A stretch of 64,000 nt of DNA. Source: Bacillota bacterium. Lineage in GTDB: Bacteria; Bacillota; Sulfobacillia; JAIMAT01. Position numbers and translations under genes: made by a program. This document shows positions 1-10,775 of the stretch, in pieces; position 1 is the stretch's first letter, and each line of letters begins with the position of its first letter. Location: contig JAIMAT010000005.1 in NCBI GenBank assembly GCA_023511835.1, positions 2,049 through 66,048 of the forward strand. The letters run 5' to 3'. Below the pieces are notes generated by a model that saw only the letters and a program-made list of their open reading frames with translations, did no database searches and had not been told where the DNA came from.

Positions 1-164
<164 letters not shown>

Positions 165-165
<1 letters not shown>

Positions 166-785
166 TGGAGCGCTTCGTCCGTCACACCGGCCTGGTGGCG
201 CCGCTGGACCGGCCCAACGTGGACACCGACGCCATCATCCCCAAGCAGTTCCTGAAGCGGATCGAGCGGACGGGCTACGGGCCCTTCCTCTTCCACGACT
301 GGCGCTACCGCCCCGACGGCTCGCCCGACCCGGAGTTCGTCCTCAACCGGCCGGGCTACCGGGAGGCGACCATCCTGCTGGCGCGGGAGAACTTCGGCTG
401 CGGCTCCAGCCGCGAGCACGCGCCCTGGGCGCTCCAGCAGTACGGCTTCCGGGCCATCGTGGCGCCCAGCTTCGCCGACATCTTCGAGGCCAACTGCCTC
501 CAGAACGGCCTCCTTCCGGTCCGGCTGGAGCCGGAGGCGGTGGAGGAGCTCTTCCGGCGCGCGGCCGAGCCCGGCTACCGGCTGACGGTCGACCTGGAGC
601 GGGAGCAGGTCCGCGACGGGGCGGGCTTCCTCGCCGCCTTCCGCATCGACCCGGAGCGGCGCCGCCGCCTGCTGGAGGGGCTGGACGACATCGGCGTGAC
701 GCTGGCCCACGAGGCGGCCATCGCCGCCTTCGAGGCGCGGCGCCCCGCCTGGAGCGAGATCGACTGGCCGGCCGGCGAGGGCTGA
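165..785 (+). CDS. leuD: 3-isopropylmalate dehydratase small subunit
   Basis: Motifs [35 protein letters not shown]. Confidence 0.97.
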
Positions 786-804
786 GCCGGGGGGAGGGGA
801 CGGC

Positions 805-2535
805 ATGGCGACGAGCGAGAGGACGGCGGCGATGCGGGCGCGCAGCTCCCGGCTCCTGGACGGCCGCGACCGGGCGGCGGCGCGGGCGATGCTGAAGGCC
901 ATCGGCTTCGGCGACGAGGAGCTGCGCCGGCCGGTGGTGGGGGTGGCCAACACCTGGATCGAGACCATGCCCTGCAACTTCCACCTCCGCCGCCTGGCGG
1001 AGCACGTCAAGCGGGGCATCCGGGCGGCGGGCGGCACGCCCATGGAGTTCAACACGGTGGCCATCAGCGACGGCGTCACCATGGGCACCGAGGGCATGAA
1101 GACCTCGCTGGTCAGCCGCGAGGTGATCGCCGACTCCATCGAGCTGGTGGCGCTGGGCCACATGTTCGACGCCCTGGTGGTCCTGGTGGGCTGCGACAAG
1201 ACCATCCCGGGCGGGGCCATGGCGCTGATCCGCGCCGACGTGCCGGGCCTCGTGCTCTACGGGGGCTCTATCGCGCCGGGGCGCTTCCGCGGCCGCGACG
1301 TCACCGTGCAGGACGTCTTCGAGGCCATCGGCGCGCACGCGGCGGGCCGGATCACGGACGAGGACCTGAAGGAGCTGGAGGACGCGGCCTGCCCGGGCCC
1401 CGGCGCCTGCGGCGGGCAGTACACGGCCAACACCATGGCCATGGCGCTGGAGTTCCTGGGGCTCTCCCCCTTCGGCTCGGCCGGCGTGGCCGCGGCCGAC
1501 CCCTTCAAGGACCGCGTGGCGGAGGAAGTGGGGCGCCAGGTGATGGAGGTGCTGGCGCGCGGCATCCGGCCGCGCGACGTGCTGACGCGCGGCTCCTTCC
1601 TCAACGCCGTCGCCGCGGTGGCGGCCACGGGCGGCTCGACCAACGCCGTCCTCCACCTGCTGGCGCTGGCCCACGAGGCCGGGGTGGAGCTCTCCATCGA
1701 CGACTTCGACGCCGTCAGCCGGAAGACACCCATCGTGGCCAGCCTGCGGCCCGGCGGCGAGTTCACCGCCGTCGACCTGGCGCGGGCGGGCGGCACCTCG
1801 CTCCTGGCCAAGGAGCTGATCGAGGCGGGGCTGGTGGACGGCGCCCAGCGCTCCATGACCGGCGCCACGCTGGCGGAGCAGGTGGCGGGGGCCGAGCCGG
1901 CGCCGGGCCAGCGGGTGCTGCGGCCGGTCCACGACCCCTTCAGCTCCAGCGGCGGCCTCGCCATCCTGCACGGCAACCTGGCGCCGGAGGGGGCGGTGGT
2001 CAAGATCGCCGGCCACGAGCGGCCCTACCACCGCGGTCCCGCACGGGTCTTCGACTCCGAGGAGGAAGCGATGCAGGCGGTCACCGGCGGCGCCCTCCGT
2101 CCCGGCGACGTGGTGGTCATCCGCTACGAGGGGCCGGCGGGAGGCCCGGGGATGCGCGAGATGCTGGGCGTGACCGCGGCCATCGTCGGCGCCGGCCTGG
2201 GCGAGAGCGTGGCGCTGGTCACCGACGGCCGCTTCTCGGGGGCCACCCACGGCCTGATGGTGGGCCACGTGGCACCGGAGGCGGCGCGCGGCGGCCCCCT
2301 GGCGCTCTTGCGCGAGGGCGACACGGTGGTCATCGACGTGGAGGCCCGGCGCCTGGACGTGGAGTTGGACGAGGCCGAGCTGGCCGCGCGTCGCCAGAGC
2401 TGGAACCCGCCCGCGCCGCGCTACACCTCCGGCGTCATGGCCAAGTACGCCGCGCTGGTGGGCTCCGCCGCCCAGGGCGCGGTCACCCGCCTGCCCGGCG
2501 GGCCGGGCGCTGCGGGCCGGCCGGCGGCGCGCTGA
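805..2535 (+). CDS. ilvD: Dihydroxy-acid dehydratase
   Basis: [54 protein letters not shown]. Confidence 0.96.
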   Translation: MATSERTAAMRARSSRLLDGRDRAAARAMLKAIGFGDEELRRPVVGVANTWIETMPCNFHLRRLAEHVKRGIRAAGGTPMEFNTVAISDGVTMGTEGMKTSLVSREVIADSIELVALGHMFDALVVLVGCDKTIPGGAMALIRADVPGLVLYGGSIAPGRFRGRDVTVQDVFEAIGAHAAGRITDEDLKELEDAACPGPGACGGQYTANTMAMALEFLGLSPFGSAGVAAADPFKDRVAEEVGRQVMEVLARGIRPRDVLTRGSFLNAVAAVAATGGSTNAVLHLLALAHEAGVELSIDDFDAVSRKTPIVASLRPGGEFTAVDLARAGGTSLLAKELIEAGLVDGAQRSMTGATLAEQVAGAEPAPGQRVLRPVHDPFSSSGGLAILHGNLAPEGAVVKIAGHERPYHRGPARVFDSEEEAMQAVTGGALRPGDVVVIRYEGPAGGPGMREMLGVTAAIVGAGLGESVALVTDGRFSGATHGLMVGHVAPEAARGGPLALLREGDTVVIDVEARRLDVELDEAELAARRQSWNPPAPRYTSGVMAKYAALVGSAAQGAVTRLPGGPGAAGRPAAR

Positions 2536-2650
2536 GCTTCCGCCGGGGAGGGCGGCGGAGACCGCATCCGGGAGCGGGCCGGCCCGGCGGCAGGCGGCCG
2601 GCCGCACGGCGCGCGGCTCCGGCTTCGGAGCGGCGCCCGGGTGCGGGCTC

Positions 2651-2679
2651 TTGCGGCTGGGAGGGCCGCGGCGTAGCCT
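2651..2679 (+). promoter_or_regulatory. Putative sigma-A promoter of the ars unit
   Basis: TTGCGG-N17-TAGCCT, followed by an AT-richer stretch (GATAGGGAAATCGCGATAAGG) just before arsR. Confidence 0.45.
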
Positions 2680-2702
2680 GATAGGGAAATCGCGATAAGG
2701 TG

Positions 2703-3134
2703 ATGGGATTGCGGACGCCCTCCTCGACCGTGGCCTTGGTCTTCCGCGCTCTCGGCGACGATACCCGCCTCCAGATCCTCTCCCTCCTGCGCGAGCGTTA
2801 ACTCTGCGTCTGCGAGTTCGTCGAGCTCTTCGGCATCAGCCAGCCCGCCGTCAGCGAACACTTGCGCCGCCTCCGGGAGGCCGGCCTGGTGACCGCCGAG
2901 CGGCGCGGCGTCTGGGTCTTCTACGCCCTGCGCCGGCCGCTGCCCGCCTACGTCGACGAGGCGCTGCGCGCGGTGCGGCTTCCTGCGGAGCTGCAGGCCC
3001 GCTTCGCGGCCATGAGAGCCGTGGGCTCCTGCCGTCCGGAGCGCGGGGGGGGCGCGGCGGGGAGGGCCGGCATCCGGCAGGCCGGTCTGGGTCGCCTCGC
3101 CGCCCGGGAGCCCCGGGCGGACGGACGGGCATGA
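2703..3134 (+). pseudogene. arsR: ArsR/SmtB arsenic-responsive repressor interrupted by an in-frame stop (TAA at 2799-2801)
   Basis: One frame reads FRALGDDTRLQILSLLRER*LCVCEFVELFGISQPAVSEHLRRLREAGLV..ERRGVWVFY. The ArsR HTH and CxC site are continuous across the stop. Start could be ATG 2703 or TTG 2709. Confidence 0.85.
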
Positions 3135-3447
3135 GCCGCCCGGAAAGGACTCCCCTCTTCAGCGCGGAGCCGTCTCACCCCGCGGCCCGGTGCCCCCTGC
3201 TCCCCGGCGCCTGCCGGCGGCTGCTCACGTGCCGGCCCCCCGCGCCGTGGCGGGCCTGCGCGCAGACGGCCCGGGCCGCCGGGCGGGAGGAGCCTCCGCT
3301 CCCCGCCGGCGGGCGCACAGGGGAGGGCTCCGCTCTCCCGGTGCCCCGGCTGTCCGAAGCGATCCCCCTCTGCCCGGCGAGCGGTTCCACCCGAAGCTTC
3401 CGAACCTCACGACGGAAGACGCGATCCTGGGGGGTGCCCTTTCCAAG

Positions 3448-4746
3448 ATGCAGAGTCTCCTGGCCGTGGCCCTCTTCGTCGTCGTCCTCGTCCTCGTCAT
3501 CTGGCAGCCCCGAGGCCTCTCCATCGGCTGGCCGGCGGCGGTCGGCGGCGCCCTGGCCGTGCTGCTGGGCATCGTGACCCCGGCCGAGGTGGGCCAGGTC
3601 GTCGGCATCGTCTGGGACGCCACGCTGGCCTTCGTCGCCGTCATCCTGATCTCGCTGGTGCTGGACGCTGTCGGCTTCTTCGAGTGGGCCGCCCTGCACA
3701 TGGTCCGCCGCGCCGGCGGCAGCGGCGCCCGCCTCTTCGTCTACAGCATCATCCTCGGCGCCCTCGTGGCGGCCCTCTTCGCCAATGACGGCGCGGCGCT
3801 CATCCTGACGCCCATCGTCTACGAGCAGGTGAAGGCCCTCCGCCTCTCCTCCGCGGCCATCCTGGCTTTCGTCATGGCAGGCGGCTTCGTCGCCGACAGC
3901 ACCTCCCTGCCGCTCGTCGTCAGCAACCTCGTCAACATCGTTTCGGCCGACTTTTTCCACATCGGGTTCGTCGGCTACTCCGCGCGCATGCTCCCCGTCG
4001 ACCTGGCGGCGCTGGCGGCGAGCCTGCTGGCGCTCTACCTGTACTTCCGCCGCGACCTGCCAGAGCGCCTGGAGACGGCGGGGTTGAAGACGCCGGAGGA
4101 AGCCATCCGCGACCGGCGCCTCTTCCGCTTCTCCTGGCTGGTGCTCGCGCTTCTCCTGGCCGGCTATCTGGCCAGCCAGGCCCTGCACATCCCGGTCTCG
4201 GTGGTGGCCGGCGCGGCCGCGCTCCTCCTCCTCCTCGTCCTGGCCGCACGCAGCCCTGCCGTCGACGTGCGCCGTCTCGTCCTCGAGGCGCCCTGGAAGA
4301 TCGTGGTCTTCTCCATCGGCATGTACGTGGTCGTCTTTGGCCTGCGGAACGCCGGGCTCATCGCCATTCTCGCCCGCTCGCTGGCCTGGGCGGCCCGCCA
4401 CGGCCTGGCGGTGGCCGTCTTCTACACGGGCTATCTGGCCGCCGGGCTCTCTTCGGTCATGAACAACATGCCGACGGTGATGGTGGACGCGCTCGCCATC
4501 CACGCCAGTGGCCTCCACGGGGTGGCCCGCCTGGGCGCGGCCCTGGCCAACGTGGTCGGCAGCGACCTGGGCCCGAAGATCACGCCCATCGGCTCCCTGG
4601 CCACCCTTCTCTGGCTGCACGTGCTCGAGCGCCGGGGCGTGAAGATCGGCTGGGGGTACTACTTTCGGGTCGGCGTCACGCTGACGCTCCCCGTCCTCGC
4701 GGTCACCCTGGCCGCGTTGCTGGCCGTCCTCGCCCTCCAGGGCTGA
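3448..4746 (+). CDS. arsB: Arsenite efflux permease ArsB
   Basis: LVLVIWQPRGLSIGW, ALFANDGAALILTPIV, SNLVNIVSADFF, NNMPTV, DLGPKITPIGSLATLLW. ATG 3448 follows GGGGGTG, so the upstream part of the track ORF is not coding. Confidence 0.93.
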   Translation: MQSLLAVALFVVVLVLVIWQPRGLSIGWPAAVGGALAVLLGIVTPAEVGQVVGIVWDATLAFVAVILISLVLDAVGFFEWAALHMVRRAGGSGARLFVYSIILGALVAALFANDGAALILTPIVYEQVKALRLSSAAILAFVMAGGFVADSTSLPLVVSNLVNIVSADFFHIGFVGYSARMLPVDLAALAASLLALYLYFRRDLPERLETAGLKTPEEAIRDRRLFRFSWLVLALLLAGYLASQALHIPVSVVAGAAALLLLLVLAARSPAVDVRRLVLEAPWKIVVFSIGMYVVVFGLRNAGLIAILARSLAWAARHGLAVAVFYTGYLAAGLSSVMNNMPTVMVDALAIHASGLHGVARLGAALANVVGSDLGPKITPIGSLATLLWLHVLERRGVKIGWGYYFRVGVTLTLPVLAVTLAALLAVLALQG

Positions 4747-4937
4747 GCCTGCCCGGGCGGGGGAACCGCGCAGGCGCCGGCTCGGGAGCGGCGCGAGCGG
4801 CGGCCCGAGCTCTACACCGGGCGCGCGCGGCGCCGACATGGGAAGGGGGGCGCCGCGCCGGCGAAGAAGCCGGTGCGGACCGGCGGTCGCGGCGCCCGCG
4901 ACGACGGGCGCGGGCCGGCGGCGGAGGCGACGACGAG

Positions 4938-6101
4938 GTGGTGACGGGGATGGAGGCAGCCGAGCCGATCCGTCCCGTGGAGTGGACCGAAGAAGGGCTG
5001 GTCATCGTCGACCAGACGCTCCTTCCCGGCGAGCTGCGCAGGCGCTGGCTGCGCAGCGTGGAGGAGGTGTACGCGGCCATCCGCCGGCTCGAGGTGCGGG
5101 GAGCGCCGGCCATCGGCATCGCCGCCGCCTTCGGCGTGGTGCTAGGCGTCGACGAGGCCGCGCGCGGGGGGCGGGCCGGCACGGGAGGCGGCGCGGCGGG
5201 CGGGCCCGAGCGGGAGCGCTTCCTGCGCGCCGTGGAGGCGGCGGCCGACCGGCTGGCCAAGGCGCGCCCGACGGCCGTCAACCTCTTCTGGGCGCTGGGG
5301 CGCATGCGGCGCCGCGCGCATCGGGCCGTGCTGGGGGGCGACGACCGCCGCGACGGCCGCGGAGGCTGGGCCGCCTGGCGGCAGGCGCTGCTGGAGGAGG
5401 CGCTGGCCATCCTGGAAGAGGACCGGGCGCTCTGCCTTGCCATCGGCGAGCACGGGGCCGGGCTCCTGGAGGAGCTGGGGGCCGACGCCGTCCTGACGCA
5501 CTGCAACGCCGGCAGCCTGGCCACGGCCCAGTACGGCACGGCGCTGGCGCCCGTCTACGTGCTGGCCGCCCGCGGCCGCCGGCTGCGGGTCTACGTCGAC
5601 GAGAGCCGGCCGCTTCTCCAGGGCGCGCGGCTGACGGCCTGGGAGCTGGAGCGCGCCGGCCTGCCGGTCACGCTGATCGCCGACTCGGCGGCGGCCACGG
5701 TGCTGGCGCGGGGCTGGGTGCAGGCGGTGCTGGTGGGCGCCGACCGGGTGGCCGCCAACGGCGACGTAGCCAACAAGGTGGGCACCTACCCGCTGGCCGT
5801 GCTGGCCCGTCGCCACGGGGTGCCTTTCTTCGTCGCCCTGCCCTCGTCCACCGTCGACCTGGAGACGGAGACGGGCGAGGGCATCCCCATCGAGGAGCGG
5901 GGGCCCGAGGAGGTGCGCACCTGCGCCGGCCAGCCGGTGGCGCCCGCCGGGGTGGAGGTCTTCAACCCGGCCTTCGACGTCACGCCCCACGAGCTGGTGA
6001 CCGCCTTCATCACCGAGCGGGGCGTCATCCGCCCGCCCTTCGCGGAGGGGCTGCGCGGCCTGGCCGGCGGGGCGGCGGCCGGCCGGCTTCACCCCTCCTG
6101 A
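4938..6101 (+). CDS. mtnA: S-methyl-5-thioribose-1-phosphate isomerase
   Basis: VRGAPAIG, RPTAVNL, LTHCNAGSLAT..YGTAL, ESRPLLQGARLTAWEL, NGDVANKVGTY, NPAFDVTP. Confidence 0.95.
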   Translation: MVTGMEAAEPIRPVEWTEEGLVIVDQTLLPGELRRRWLRSVEEVYAAIRRLEVRGAPAIGIAAAFGVVLGVDEAARGGRAGTGGGAAGGPERERFLRAVEAAADRLAKARPTAVNLFWALGRMRRRAHRAVLGGDDRRDGRGGWAAWRQALLEEALAILEEDRALCLAIGEHGAGLLEELGADAVLTHCNAGSLATAQYGTALAPVYVLAARGRRLRVYVDESRPLLQGARLTAWELERAGLPVTLIADSAAATVLARGWVQAVLVGADRVAANGDVANKVGTYPLAVLARRHGVPFFVALPSSTVDLETETGEGIPIEERGPEEVRTCAGQPVAPAGVEVFNPAFDVTPHELVTAFITERGVIRPPFAEGLRGLAGGAAAGRLHPS

Positions 6102-7882
6102 GGGGGCGCCGTCCAGAGCGCGGGCTCCTCGGCCAGGACCTCCCGCTCCAGCTCCCACATGCGCCGGTAGAGGCCGCCCCGGGCGAGGAGCGCGCCGTGC
6201 GGGCCGCGCTCCACCACGCGCCCGTGGTGGAGGACGAGGATCTCGTCCATGGCCTCCAGCCCCGCCAGGCGATGGCTGACCAGGAGGAGGCTCTGCCCCT
6301 CCAGGGCGGCCAGCAGCCCCTTCAGCAGGCGGCGTTCGGTGAGCGCGTCGAGTCCGGCCGTCGGCTCGTCCAGGAGGAGGATGGGGGCCGGGCGGAGGAG
6401 CACCCGCGCCAGGGCCAGCCGCCGGCGCTCGCCGCCGGAGAGGCGGAGGCCGGCCTCGCCCACCGGGGTGGCCAGCCCGTCCGGCAGGCGGTCGAGCCAG
6501 TCGCCCAGCCCGGCCAGGCGGAGCGCGGCGCGCATCTCGGCCTCGCCGGCGGCCGGGTCGCCCAGGCGCAGGTTCTCCGCCAGACTGGCGTGGAAGAGGT
6601 GGCTCTCCTGGGCGAGGACGCTGTAGAAGGTGCGCAGCTCGCCCGGGTCCAGCGTGCGGATCTCCCGGCCGTCCAGGAGGATGCTCCCCGCCTCCGGTTC
6701 ACGGAAGCGGACCAGGAGATCGAGGAGCGTGCTCTTGCCCGAGCCGCTGGCACCCACCAGCGCCAGTCGCGCCCCCGGCTCGAGCACCAGGTCGATCCCG
6801 TCCAGGGCGGGGCGTACGGTGCCGGGGTAGGTGTAGCGAAGGCCGCGCACCTCCAGCCGCACCGGCGGCCGGGCCTGCGGCCGCCGGCCGCCGGCGGCGG
6901 ACGGCGAGGCCGGCGGCACCGGCGGCGGCACCCGCTCCAGCTCCTCGAGTCGCTCCGTCGCCTCCACGCTCTCGCCCAGGCCGGCCAGGGCCGCGGGGAG
7001 CGGGGCCACCGCCTCGAAGGCGGCCAGGGCGGCCAGCGCCGCGGCCACCGCCTCGGGGGCGGGGAGGCGGCCCTGACGGACCAGCGGCACGGCCAGGAGG
7101 AGGACGGCCAGCAGCGCGAGGTTCTGGAAGAGGCCCAGGAGCGCGCCGGTGGCCGCCTCCGCCCGCCGCACCCGCCGCTGGAGCGCGAGCAGGCGGTCGC
7201 CGGCCGCGTCCAGACGGCGGCTCCAGGAGGCTTCCTGGGAGAAGGCGAGCAGCTCGGCCATGCCGCGGACGGTGTCGACGGCCAGGTTGGCCAGGCGGCC
7301 GCGGGCGGCGGGCAGGGCGGCGGCGGCGCGGCCGGCCGCCCGCTGGGCGAGGAGCGGCAGGCCTGCGCCGGCCAGGAGATAGGCCAGCGTGAAGGCCGCG
7401 GCCAGGGCGAGGCCGCGCGGGGCCAGGACGGCCCAGCCCAGGAGCAGGGTGAGGAGCGCCACCCCCGGCGGGTAGAGGCCGCGCAGGAAGAGGTTCTCGA
7501 GTGTCTCCACGTCCCGGACCAGGCGGCTGAGCAGGTCACCCTGCCGCCGGCCCGCCAGGCCGGCCGGCGAGAGCGGCTCCACGGCGCGGTAGAAGGCGAC
7601 GCGCAGGCGGGCGAGCAGGCGGAAGGTGGCGTCGTGCGTCACCAGCCGCTCCAGGTAGCGGAAGGCGCCGCGCGCGATACCGAAGAAACGGACGCCGACG
7701 ATGGGCACCCAGAGGAGCAGGATGGTGGAGGGACGGAGCGCCGCGGCGGCGATCAGGTAGCCGGAGAGCGCCAGGAGGCCGAGGCTCGAGCCGACGGTCA
7801 GGAGACCCAGCAGGAGGCCGAGCCCCATGCGCGCCCGGAGCGGCGCGAGCCAGGCGAGCCAGCGTCGCCACGCGCGCCTCAC
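6089..7882 (-). CDS. cydC: Thiol-reductant/heme ABC exporter subunit CydC
   Basis: GVRFFGIAR..FRYLERLVTHDATFR (CydC signature), Walker A GASGSGKS, LSGGERRR; last gene of cydABDC. Confidence 0.9.
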   Translation of the reverse strand: MRRAWRRWLAWLAPLRARMGLGLLLGLLTVGSSLGLLALSGYLIAAAALRPSTILLLWVPIVGVRFFGIARGAFRYLERLVTHDATFRLLARLRVAFYRAVEPLSPAGLAGRRQGDLLSRLVRDVETLENLFLRGLYPPGVALLTLLLGWAVLAPRGLALAAAFTLAYLLAGAGLPLLAQRAAGRAAAALPAARGRLANLAVDTVRGMAELLAFSQEASWSRRLDAAGDRLLALQRRVRRAEAATGALLGLFQNLALLAVLLLAVPLVRQGRLPAPEAVAAALAALAAFEAVAPLPAALAGLGESVEATERLEELERVPPPVPPASPSAAGGRRPQARPPVRLEVRGLRYTYPGTVRPALDGIDLVLEPGARLALVGASGSGKSTLLDLLVRFREPEAGSILLDGREIRTLDPGELRTFYSVLAQESHLFHASLAENLRLGDPAAGEAEMRAALRLAGLGDWLDRLPDGLATPVGEAGLRLSGGERRRLALARVLLRPAPILLLDEPTAGLDALTERRLLKGLLAALEGQSLLLVSHRLAGLEAMDEILVLHHGRVVERGPHGALLARGGLYRRMWELEREVLAEEPALWTAPPQEG

Positions 7883-9744
7883 GGCCGGCCCTCCCCGGCG
7901 GCGGCCGCGGCCGCGGGCCCGGCGTAGGCGCGCGCCAGGCGCGCGTAGAGGCCGCCGCGAGCCAGCAGCTGCTCGTGCGAGCCCTCTTCCGCCAGCCGGC
8001 CGTCCTCCAGGACGAGGATCCGGTCGACCCGCCGGACGGTGGTCAGCCGGTGGGCCACCACCAGGGCGCCGCGGCGGGCCAGCAGGCGGGCCAGCGCCTC
8101 CGCCACGGCCGCCTCGCTCTCCGGGTCAAGGTGGGCGGTGGGTTCGTCCATCACCAGCCAGGGCGCGTCGCGCAGCCAGGCGCGCGCGATGGCCAGCCGC
8201 TGCCGCTCGCCTCCGGAGAGGCCGGCCCCGTCCTCGCCCAGCCGCGTCTGGAGCCCCTCGGGCAGGGCGCGTACGAACGCCTCCGCCCCGGCCGCGCGCA
8301 GCGCCGCCCAGAGCTCCGCCTCGCTGGCGTCCGGGCGGGCGAGGCGCAGGTTCTCCGCCACGCTGGCGGCGAAGAGATACGGCCTCTGGGGCAGGAGGGC
8401 GACCTGCGCCCGCCAGGCGGCCAGGCCCACCTCCTCCAGCCGGCGTCCGCCGATGCGGACCGCCCCCGCCTGCGGCCTGAGGAAGCCCATCCAGAGCGCC
8501 AGCACCGTGCTCTTCCCGGCCCCCGTCGGCCCCACCAGCGCCACCCGCTCCCCCGGCCGCACGAGAAAGTCCAGCTCCTCCACCGCCGGCCTCTCCCTGC
8601 CCGGGTAGGTGTAGGTGACGCGCTCGAAGCGGACTTCGCGCCGCGGCCGGCCCGCGCGCGCCGCCGGCGCCTCCGCGGGGGTGGCTTCCTCCCGGGCCGT
8701 GCCGGCGGCCTCCGGCCAGGCCGCGGGCTCATCCAGCAGCTCGAAGATGCGCCGGCCGGCCGCCGCGCCGCCGGCGGCGGCATGGAACTGGGCGCCCAGC
8801 GTGCGCAGCGGCTGGTAGACCTCGGGGGCGAGGAGGAGGGCGAAGAAGGCCTCGCGGAAAGGCAGGTGCCCGTCCAGCAGGCGGAGCGCCAGCGCCACCG
8901 CCACCACCGCCGTGCTCAGCGAGGCCAGCAGCTCCAGCGCCAGCGCCGAGAGGAAGGCGACGCGCAGCGTCTCCATGGTGGCGCTCCGCAGCCGCTCGCT
9001 GCTCCGGGCCAGCGTCTCCGCCTCGCGCCGCTCCAGGCCGAAGAGCTTGAGCGTGGGCAGCCCCTGGAGCACGTCCAGAAAGTGCGCGCTCAGGCGCGAG
9101 AGCTCCCCCCAGCGACGGCGGGCGGCGGCCGCCGCCTGCCCGCCGATCAGCCACAGAAAGAAGGGGAGGAGCGGCAGGGTGACCAGGAAGATCACCGCCG
9201 AGAGCCAGTCGCGGGGGAAGACAAAGGCGACCAGCAGGAGCGGCACCAGCGCCGCCAGCGCCAGCTGCGGCAGGTAGCGGCCCAGGTAGCTCTCCAGCTG
9301 CTCGACGCCCTCCAGGAGCGTGTTGGCCAGCTCGCCCCCGCGCTCGCCCGTCGTCGCCGCCGGCCCCAGCGCCAGCAGGTGGCGGGAGAGCCGCCCGCGC
9401 AGCTCCCGCTCGACGCGTGCGGCCAGCTCGAAGGCGGCCAGCTCGCCTCCCCAGGCCAGGAGCGCCCGGGCGGCCATCACCGCCGCCAGCGCCAGCGCCG
9501 GCCGCGCCAGGGCCGCCAGGCCGGCGCCCCCCAGGAGGAGCCGATCGACGACGCCCGAGAAGAGCCAGGCCTGGGCGACGGCCAGGAGCGCGGTCAGTCC
9601 GCCCAGGAGCACCACCAGCGCCAGCAGGTGGCGGACCGGGCGGACCCGCGCCAAGAGCCTCCGGTCCATTCCCACGGCCATCCCCGTCCCGACGCCGAGG
9701 CCGGCCCGTGGGCCGGCCTCGGCCTCGCTCCTATTCTCCGTCAT
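7879..9744 (-). CDS. cydD: ABC exporter subunit CydD
   Basis: YLPQLALA, FLDVLQGLPTLKLFG, LAPEVYQPLRTLG..FHA, Walker A GPTGAGKS, LSGGERQR. Confidence 0.9.
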   Translation of the reverse strand: MTENRSEAEAGPRAGLGVGTGMAVGMDRRLLARVRPVRHLLALVVLLGGLTALLAVAQAWLFSGVVDRLLLGGAGLAALARPALALAAVMAARALLAWGGELAAFELAARVERELRGRLSRHLLALGPAATTGERGGELANTLLEGVEQLESYLGRYLPQLALAALVPLLLVAFVFPRDWLSAVIFLVTLPLLPFFLWLIGGQAAAAARRRWGELSRLSAHFLDVLQGLPTLKLFGLERREAETLARSSERLRSATMETLRVAFLSALALELLASLSTAVVAVALALRLLDGHLPFREAFFALLLAPEVYQPLRTLGAQFHAAAGGAAAGRRIFELLDEPAAWPEAAGTAREEATPAEAPAARAGRPRREVRFERVTYTYPGRERPAVEELDFLVRPGERVALVGPTGAGKSTVLALWMGFLRPQAGAVRIGGRRLEEVGLAAWRAQVALLPQRPYLFAASVAENLRLARPDASEAELWAALRAAGAEAFVRALPEGLQTRLGEDGAGLSGGERQRLAIARAWLRDAPWLVMDEPTAHLDPESEAAVAEALARLLARRGALVVAHRLTTVRRVDRILVLEDGRLAEEGSHEQLLARGGLYARLARAYAGPAAAAAAGEGRP

Positions 9745-9748
9745 GCGG

Positions 9749-10768
9749 CTAGTAGGTCAGCCTCTCGCGCACGTCCACGCGCCGCCGGAAGACCCAGTAG
9801 CTCCACGCCTGGTAGGCCAGCACGAAGGGGACCAGCGTCAGGGCGACGATGGTCATCACCCGCAGCGTGTAAGGGCTGGAGGAGGCGTTGTAGACGGTCA
9901 GGCTCCAGGCGGGGTTGAGGCTGGAGATCATCACGTGCGGGTAGAGGCCGAGAAAGATCGCGGCCACGCTGGCGATGATGGCCAAGCCGTTGAACACGAA
10001 GGCCCAACCGGCGCGTTCGCGGCCGAGAGCGGCACGGACGGCCAGGAGCGCCGCCAGGCCGGCCAGCAGGAGGAGACCCGGCACCGGCCCCGGCCTCTGG
10101 AAAAGGCCGCTGGCGAAGTAGCTGTAGACGGCGAAGAGCGCCGCCGCCAGCGTGGCCAGGGCGCCCGACCAGAGGGCGGCCGCGCCGGCGCGCCGCCGGA
10201 TCTCGCCCTCCGTCTTGAGCAGGAGAAAGAGCGCCCCGTGCAGCGTGAAGAGCAGCAGAGTGAAGAGGCCGCCCAGCAGGCCGTACGGGTTGAGGAGCGT
10301 CAGGAGGTTGCCGGTGTAGTTCATCTGCGCGTCGATGGGCAGGCCGCGAAGCAGGTTGGCCAGCGCCACCCCCCAGAGGAGGGCGGGCAGCAGGCTGCCG
10401 GCGAAGATGGCCCAGTCCCAGGCGTTCCGCCAGCGCGGGCTCTCGTCGCGGCTGCGGTACTCGAAGCCGACGCCGCGCAGGATCAGGGCCAGCAGCATCA
10501 GCACCAAAGCCAGGTAGAAGCCGCTGAAGAGCGTGGCGTACCAGTTGGGGAAGGCGGCGAACATGGCGCCGCCGGCCGTCAGCAACCAGACCTCGTTGCC
10601 GTCCCAGTGGGGTCCCACCGTGTTGAGCAGCACGCGCCGCTCGCGGTCCGAGCGCCCCAGCCAGGGAAGGAGGATGCCGACGCCGTAGTCGAAGCCCTCC
10701 AGGAAGAAGTAGCCCACGAAGAGGATCGCGATCAGCGCGAACCAGAGCGTGTTCAGGTCCATGCGCAT
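9749..10768 (-). CDS. cydB: Cytochrome bd ubiquinol oxidase subunit II
   Basis: LEGFDYGVG, GPHWDGNEVWL..AGGAMFAAFP.WYATLFSGFY, RGVGFEYR. Confidence 0.95.
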   Translation of the reverse strand: MRMDLNTLWFALIAILFVGYFFLEGFDYGVGILLPWLGRSDRERRVLLNTVGPHWDGNEVWLLTAGGAMFAAFPNWYATLFSGFYLALVLMLLALILRGVGFEYRSRDESPRWRNAWDWAIFAGSLLPALLWGVALANLLRGLPIDAQMNYTGNLLTLLNPYGLLGGLFTLLLFTLHGALFLLLKTEGEIRRRAGAAALWSGALATLAAALFAVYSYFASGLFQRPGPVPGLLLLAGLAALLAVRAALGRERAGWAFVFNGLAIIASVAAIFLGLYPHVMISSLNPAWSLTVYNASSSPYTLRVMTIVALTLVPFVLAYQAWSYWVFRRRVDVRERLTY

Positions 10769-10775
10769 CCCCCCC

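Noticed and set aside
4746-4938. Possible SAM riboswitch before mtnA
   Set aside because: No S-box core sequences; ordinary GC-rich intergenic DNA.
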